A stretch of 32,384 nt of DNA from positions 1 through 32,384 of the forward strand of contig JAEERZ010000001.1 in assembly GCA_016286075.1 (NCBI GenBank), in the 5' to 3' direction. Positions within the stretch are counted from its first letter, which is position 1. Each line of letters opens with the position of its first letter. The notes under the pieces were generated by a model. That model did not search any database. It saw only the letters and a program-made list of their open reading frames with translations, and was not told where the DNA came from. Made by a program: the position numbers and the translations under genes. Of this stretch, positions 26,009 through 32,384 are shown in pieces. Source of the stretch: Selenomonadaceae bacterium (GTDB lineage Bacteria; Bacillota; Negativicutes; Selenomonadales; Selenomonadaceae).

Positions 26009-28003
26009 ATGTCGATAGACGCGACGAGCGTGAACGCGATCCGGGTGCTGTCCGCGGACGCGATACAAAAGGCAAACTCCGGCCATCCCGGGCTGCCGCT
26101 GGGGGCGGCTCCGGCGGCTTACGAACTTTGGGCGCGCCACATGAAGCACAATGCGAAAAACCCGAAATGGGCGAACCGCGACCGTTTTGTCCTTTCCGGC
26201 GGTCACGGCTCCATGCTTTTATATTCGCTGCTCCATCTTTTCGGTTACGGTCTGACGCTGGACGACCTGAAAAAATTCCGCCAGGACGGCTCGCTGACGC
26301 CGGGGCATCCCGAGTATGGCCATACCGTCGGCGTCGAGGCGACCACGGGACCGCTGGGCGCCGGCATGGGCATGGCCGTCGGAATGGCGATGGCGGAAGC
26401 GCACCTTGCGGCAATGTTCAACAAGCCGGGCTATCCCGTCGTCGACCATTACACCTTCGCGTTGGGCGGCGACGGCTGCATGATGGAGGGCATTTCTTCC
26501 GAGGCGTTTTCGCTGGCGGGCACCCTTGGTCTTTCGAAGCTGATCGTGCTCTATGACAGCAACTCGATTACCATCGAAGGCAGCACCGACTTGGCGTTCA
26601 CCGAAAACGTCGGGAAGCGTATGGAGGCGTTCGGCTTCCAGACGCTGACCGTGGAGGATGGCAACGACCTCGCGGCCATCGGCAGGGCCATCGAGGAAGC
26701 GAAGGCGGACAAGGTGCGGCCTTCCTTCATCACAATCAAGACGCAGATTGGCTACGGTTGCCCGGCGAAGCAGGGCAAGGCCAGCGCTCACGGCGAGCCT
26801 TTGGGCGAGGACAATGTTGCGGAGCTTCGGAAAACGTTGGGGTGGCGATCGCAGGAGCCCTTTGACGTGCCGGAGGAGATTTACGCGCATTATGCGAGAC
26901 TCGCCGAGGCGGGCGAAAAGGCGGAAGCGGACTGGAACGCGCTGTTCGCCGAATATCAGAAAAAATTCCCGGAGATGAAACAGCTTTGGGCGAAATGCCA
27001 TGAAGCCGTCGATAAAGACGCCCTGCTTAGCGACGAAGCGTATTGGGCGTATGAGGATAAGGCGCAGGCGACGCGCAGCCTCTCCGGGAAATATCTCAAC
27101 CGCTTGAAAGATAAATTGCCGCAGCTCTTCGGCGGCAGTGCCGATCTCGCGCCGTCGAACAAGACGGCTATGGACGGCGCAGGCGATTTTTCAAAAGGAG
27201 ATTACGCAGGGCGCAATATCCATTTCGGCGTCCGCGAACTGGCTATGGCGGCGATTGCAAACGGCCTCGCGCTGCACGGCGGCCTTCGGCCCTATGTGGC
27301 GACGTTTTTCGTATTCAGCGACTACACGAAGCCGATGCTTCGTCTCGCGTCGTTGATGAAGCTGCCTGTGACCTACGTATTCACTCATGACAGTATCGGC
27401 GTCGGGGAAGACGGGCCGACCCACGAGCCCATCGAGCAGTTGGCTATGCTTCGCGCCCAGCCGAATATCAATGTATTCCGTCCGGCGGACGCGACTGAGA
27501 CGGCGGCGGGTTGGCTACTCGCCGCGACGAGCGAGGAAACGCCGACGGCGCTTGTGTTGAGCCGACAGAATCTCCCGCAGCTTCCCGGCAGCGGCAAAGA
27601 CGCTTTGAAGGGCGCCTATATCGTTTCGCCTTCCGAAAAGGAAGCGCCGGACGCGATCCTGATCGCAAGCGGATCCGAAGTAGCGCTGGCCGTTGAGGCG
27701 CAGGCGATTTTGAAAGCGGAGGGCGTCGATGCGCGGGTCGTAAGCATGCCCTGCATGGAGCTTTTCGAAGCGCAGGATGCGGCCTACCGAGAGAAAATCC
27801 TGCCGCAAAAAATCCGAGCCCGCGTGTCGGTGGAGGCGCTTTCGTCCTTCGGCTGGGAGCGATACGTCGGCCTTGACGGAAAAGTCGTGGCGATGGAGAG
27901 TTTCGGCGCGTCGGCCCCGGGCGGCACGTTGTTCAAAAACTTCGGCTTCACAAAGGAGCATGTAGCGGAAGTAGTGAAAGACGTTTTGAAGAATCTTTCC
28001 TAA
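26009..28003 (+). CDS. tkt: Transketolase
   Basis: 664 aa containing SGHPGLPLG, the ThDP motif [28 protein letters not shown] and RPADATE. Confidence 0.96.
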   Translation: MSIDATSVNAIRVLSADAIQKANSGHPGLPLGAAPAAYELWARHMKHNAKNPKWANRDRFVLSGGHGSMLLYSLLHLFGYGLTLDDLKKFRQDGSLTPGHPEYGHTVGVEATTGPLGAGMGMAVGMAMAEAHLAAMFNKPGYPVVDHYTFALGGDGCMMEGISSEAFSLAGTLGLSKLIVLYDSNSITIEGSTDLAFTENVGKRMEAFGFQTLTVEDGNDLAAIGRAIEEAKADKVRPSFITIKTQIGYGCPAKQGKASAHGEPLGEDNVAELRKTLGWRSQEPFDVPEEIYAHYARLAEAGEKAEADWNALFAEYQKKFPEMKQLWAKCHEAVDKDALLSDEAYWAYEDKAQATRSLSGKYLNRLKDKLPQLFGGSADLAPSNKTAMDGAGDFSKGDYAGRNIHFGVRELAMAAIANGLALHGGLRPYVATFFVFSDYTKPMLRLASLMKLPVTYVFTHDSIGVGEDGPTHEPIEQLAMLRAQPNINVFRPADATETAAGWLLAATSEETPTALVLSRQNLPQLPGSGKDALKGAYIVSPSEKEAPDAILIASGSEVALAVEAQAILKAEGVDARVVSMPCMELFEAQDAAYREKILPQKIRARVSVEALSSFGWERYVGLDGKVVAMESFGASAPGGTLFKNFGFTKEHVAEVVKDVLKNLS

Positions 28004-28026
28004 TATATATTGAAGGTTATGGCAAA

Positions 28027-28059
28027 AGGCTGCGTTCGATGGCGACGCGGCCTTTTTTA
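28027..28059 (+). terminator. Rho-independent terminator after tkt
   Basis: AGGCTGCG (28027-28034) pairs with CGCGGCCT (28046-28053), with one G-U pair and an 11-nt loop. TTTTT follows. Confidence 0.7.
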
Positions 28060-28103
28060 TGCAATCAAAAAAGCAAAAGTTGATATTAAAACCTTTTGTT
28101 CCA

Positions 28104-28132
28104 TTGCAAACTAATTATATAAGGTACATAAT
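28104..28132 (+). promoter_or_regulatory. Possible upstream (distal) promoter of the str operon
   Basis: TTGCAA (28104-28109), a 17-nt spacer, then CATAAT (28127-28132), inside a very AT-rich intergenic region. Confidence 0.3.
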
Positions 28133-28269
28133 TCTTTGTTGAAATGTCTTCGCAGCAATTTTTTTAAAATTTTTTTTAGTGATTTATTGGAAATGTCTAT
28201 GCTGCAAGGACTTTTTCAGTTTATGACACACACGGGTGCGTGTGCATGAAAAAACCAATAAAATAAGGG

Positions 28270-28298
28270 TTGACATTTATTTTTTCGGGTGATAATAT
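28270..28298 (+). promoter_or_regulatory. Strong sigma-A promoter of the str (L7Ae-like/rpsL/rpsG/fusA/tuf) operon
   Basis: Consensus TTGACA (28270-28275), a 17-nt spacer, then TAATAT (28293-28298) preceded by TGa. AT-rich UP-like sequence lies upstream. Confidence 0.6.
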
Positions 28299-28341
28299 AT
28301 GTACTGCTTGGTCACAGACAGGGGTAGGAGGCGTGGCGCGA

Positions 28342-28587
28342 ATGACATTGGAAACATTGGCGACGATGACGCATGTGACGGGCGTGAAGCAGGTTACGAA
28401 GGCTGTGAACAAGGGAAAAGCAGTTTGCGTATTTGTCGCGAGCGATGCGGATGAGCGTGTGACGCGGTCTTTGAAGGATCTGTGCGCCAACGTCGGCGTG
28501 GAGCTTGTTGAGAGCGCGACGATGGCGGAGCTCGGAAAGGCCTGCTCCATCGAGGTCGGCTCCGCGGCGGCGGCGGCCTTGAAGTAA
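28342..28587 (+). CDS. L7Ae-family ribosome-associated protein (YbxF/RplGB-like)
   Basis: 81 aa, MTLETLATMTHVTGVKQVTKAVNKGKAVCVFVASDAD...LGKACSIEVGSAAAAALK, resembling B. subtilis YbxF (LGKACGIEVGAAAVAII). AGGAGG at 28326-28331 lies 10 nt before the ATG at 28342. It occupies the usual position ahead of rpsL. Confidence 0.85.
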   Translation: MTLETLATMTHVTGVKQVTKAVNKGKAVCVFVASDADERVTRSLKDLCANVGVELVESATMAELGKACSIEVGSAAAAALK

Positions 28588-28660
28588 ACATGTTAAAAAT
28601 CCGATGTTTTGTCGGGTTTTGATAAATTAAATTTTCAATATGAAGGAAGGAGGTGCATGT

Positions 28661-29038
28661 ATGCCTACAATTAATCAGTTGGTCCGCAAAAGCAGACAGA
28701 GCATGCAGGAGAAATCCACAGCACCGGCACTCAAGAATTGCCCGCAGAAGCGCGGAGTTTGCACGCGCGTCTATACGACGACGCCGAAGAAGCCGAACTC
28801 GGCCCTGCGAAAGGTCGCTCGTGTTCGTTTGACGAACAGCATCGAGGTTACCGCGTATATTCCCGGTATCGGCCACAATCTTCAGGAGCACAGCGTCGTT
28901 TTGATCCGCGGCGGGCGCGTGAAGGATCTTCCGGGCGTCCGTTACCATGTGATTCGCGGCTCGCTGGATACGGCGGGCGTTCAGGATCGCAATCAGGGTC
29001 GCTCGAAATATGGCGCGAAGCGTGCCAAAAAGAAATAA
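28661..29038 (+). CDS. rpsL: 30S ribosomal protein S12
   Basis: [13 protein letters not shown]...[31 protein letters not shown] is a canonical S12. A GGAAGGAGG RBS is present. Confidence 0.97.
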   Translation: MPTINQLVRKSRQSMQEKSTAPALKNCPQKRGVCTRVYTTTPKKPNSALRKVARVRLTNSIEVTAYIPGIGHNLQEHSVVLIRGGRVKDLPGVRYHVIRGSLDTAGVQDRNQGRSKYGAKRAKKK

Positions 29039-29052
29039 AATATGAAGATTGA

Positions 29053-29541
<489 letters not shown>

Positions 29542-29576
29542 TCGGCTGTCGCAATGGTTTTAAGGAGAGATAAATA

Positions 29577-31655
<2,079 letters not shown>

Positions 31656-31672
31656 GGGAGGAAATTACGGAA

Positions 31673-32384
31673 ATGGCAAAGCAGAAGTTTGACAGAAGCA
31701 AACCCCACGTTAACATCGGCACGATTGGTCACGTCGATCATGGTAAGACGACGCTGACGGCTGCAATCACGAAGGTGCTTGCTGAAAAGGGCAACGCGGA
31801 CTTCATGGATTACAACATGATTGATAAGGCTCCGGAGGAGCGCGAGCGCGGTATCACGATCAACACGGCGCACGTCGAGTATCAGACGGACAAGCGTCAT
31901 TATGCGCACGTTGACTGCCCGGGCCACGCCGATTATGTCAAGAACATGATCACCGGCGCCGCTCAGATGGACGGTGCGATCCTCGTCGTCAGCGCGGCTG
32001 ACGGCCCGATGCCGCAGACTCGCGAGCATATCCTGCTCGCCCGCCAGGTCGGCGTTCCGGCTATCGTTGTGTTCCTGAATAAGGTCGACCAGGTCGACGA
32101 TCCCGAGCTCCTCGAGCTCGTTGAGATGGAGGTTCGCGACCTCCTGACCGAGTATGAGTTCCCCGGCGACGAGATTCCGGTGGTTTCCGGCTCCGCTCTG
32201 AAGGCTCTCGAGGGCGACAAAGAGCAGCAGGAGAATATCATCAAGCTGATGGACGCTGTTGACGAGTACATCCCGACCCCGCAGCGCGACACCGAGAAGC
32301 CGTTCCTGATGCCGGTTGAGGACGTCATGACGATCACGGGCCGCGGCACGGTTGCCACGGGTCGCGTCGAGCGCGGCGAGCTGA
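31673..32384 (+). CDS. tuf: Translation elongation factor Tu, N-terminal 237 aa. The 3' end lies beyond the window.
   Basis: This ORF is not in the track because no stop falls inside the window. My own translation from the ATG at 31673 gives [37 protein letters not shown]...[26 protein letters not shown]...NKVD. A GGGAGG RBS lies at 31656-31661. Confidence 0.97.
   Translation, partial: MAKQKFDRSKPHVNIGTIGHVDHGKTTLTAAITKVLAEKGNADFMDYNMIDKAPEERERGITINTAHVEYQTDKRHYAHVDCPGHADYVKNMITGAAQMDGAILVVSAADGPMPQTREHILLARQVGVPAIVVFLNKVDQVDDPELLELVEMEVRDLLTEYEFPGDEIPVVSGSALKALEGDKEQQENIIKLMDAVDEYIPTPQRDTEKPFLMPVEDVMTITGRGTVATGRVERGEL

Noticed and set aside
28019-28114. A 31-aa mini-ORF (MAKGCVRWRRGLFYAIKKAKVDIKTFCSIAN) just after tkt.
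   Set aside because: It runs through the tkt terminator hairpin. The only SD-like sequence is 2 nt from the ATG, so it is probably fortuitous.
28270-28341. The upstream extension of the L7Ae-like ORF (track start at 28270).
   Set aside because: The extension begins inside the -35 hexamer (TTGACA, 28270-28275) of the str promoter. AGGAGG followed by the ATG at 28342 gives the conserved 81-aa protein.
28597-28620. A weak hairpin (AAATCCGAT/GTCGGGTTT) between the L7Ae-like gene and rpsL, considered as an internal terminator.
   Set aside because: The 9-bp stem has two G-U pairs and a short T-run. These genes are normally co-transcribed, so at most it is a weak attenuator. I did not list it as a feature.

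Overview
This window is core chromosome from a fairly GC-rich, Firmicutes-type genome (Clostridia or Negativicutes style gene order). I cannot name the organism. I call 31 protein genes, almost all of them recognisable housekeeping functions.

Gene content, left to right:
- minD (5'-truncated), minE, rodA
- A translationally coupled trio: radical-SAM protein, DUF2344 protein, RNase G
- rplS, lepB
- An FMN riboswitch followed by ribD, ribE, ribBA, ribH
- A YfcE-like phosphodiesterase, hslO, and a PreA-like Fe-S flavoenzyme
- Minus-strand block: rpmB, a membrane-anchored SGNH hydrolase, a LysE-family exporter, nadE
- ybaK, thrC, pckA, a secreted GH73-like cell-wall hydrolase, an ABC1/UbiB kinase, aroH, ridA, tkt
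- The str operon: L7Ae-like gene, rpsL, rpsG, fusA, tuf (3'-truncated)

I found no tRNA, rRNA, CRISPR array, transposase, integrase, phage gene or recognisable defence gene.

I do not see a convincing new system. This looks like an ordinary region. The three items most worth a second look are:
- The function-unknown radical-SAM/DUF2344 pair, translationally coupled to RNase G.
- The lower-GC gene for an SGNH esterase carrying three internal repeat modules.
- An orphan PreA-like enzyme with an extra N-terminal Cys-cluster domain and no PreT partner.

Many long ORFs in the track lie antisense to well-supported genes. I treat them as GC-driven shadow ORFs.
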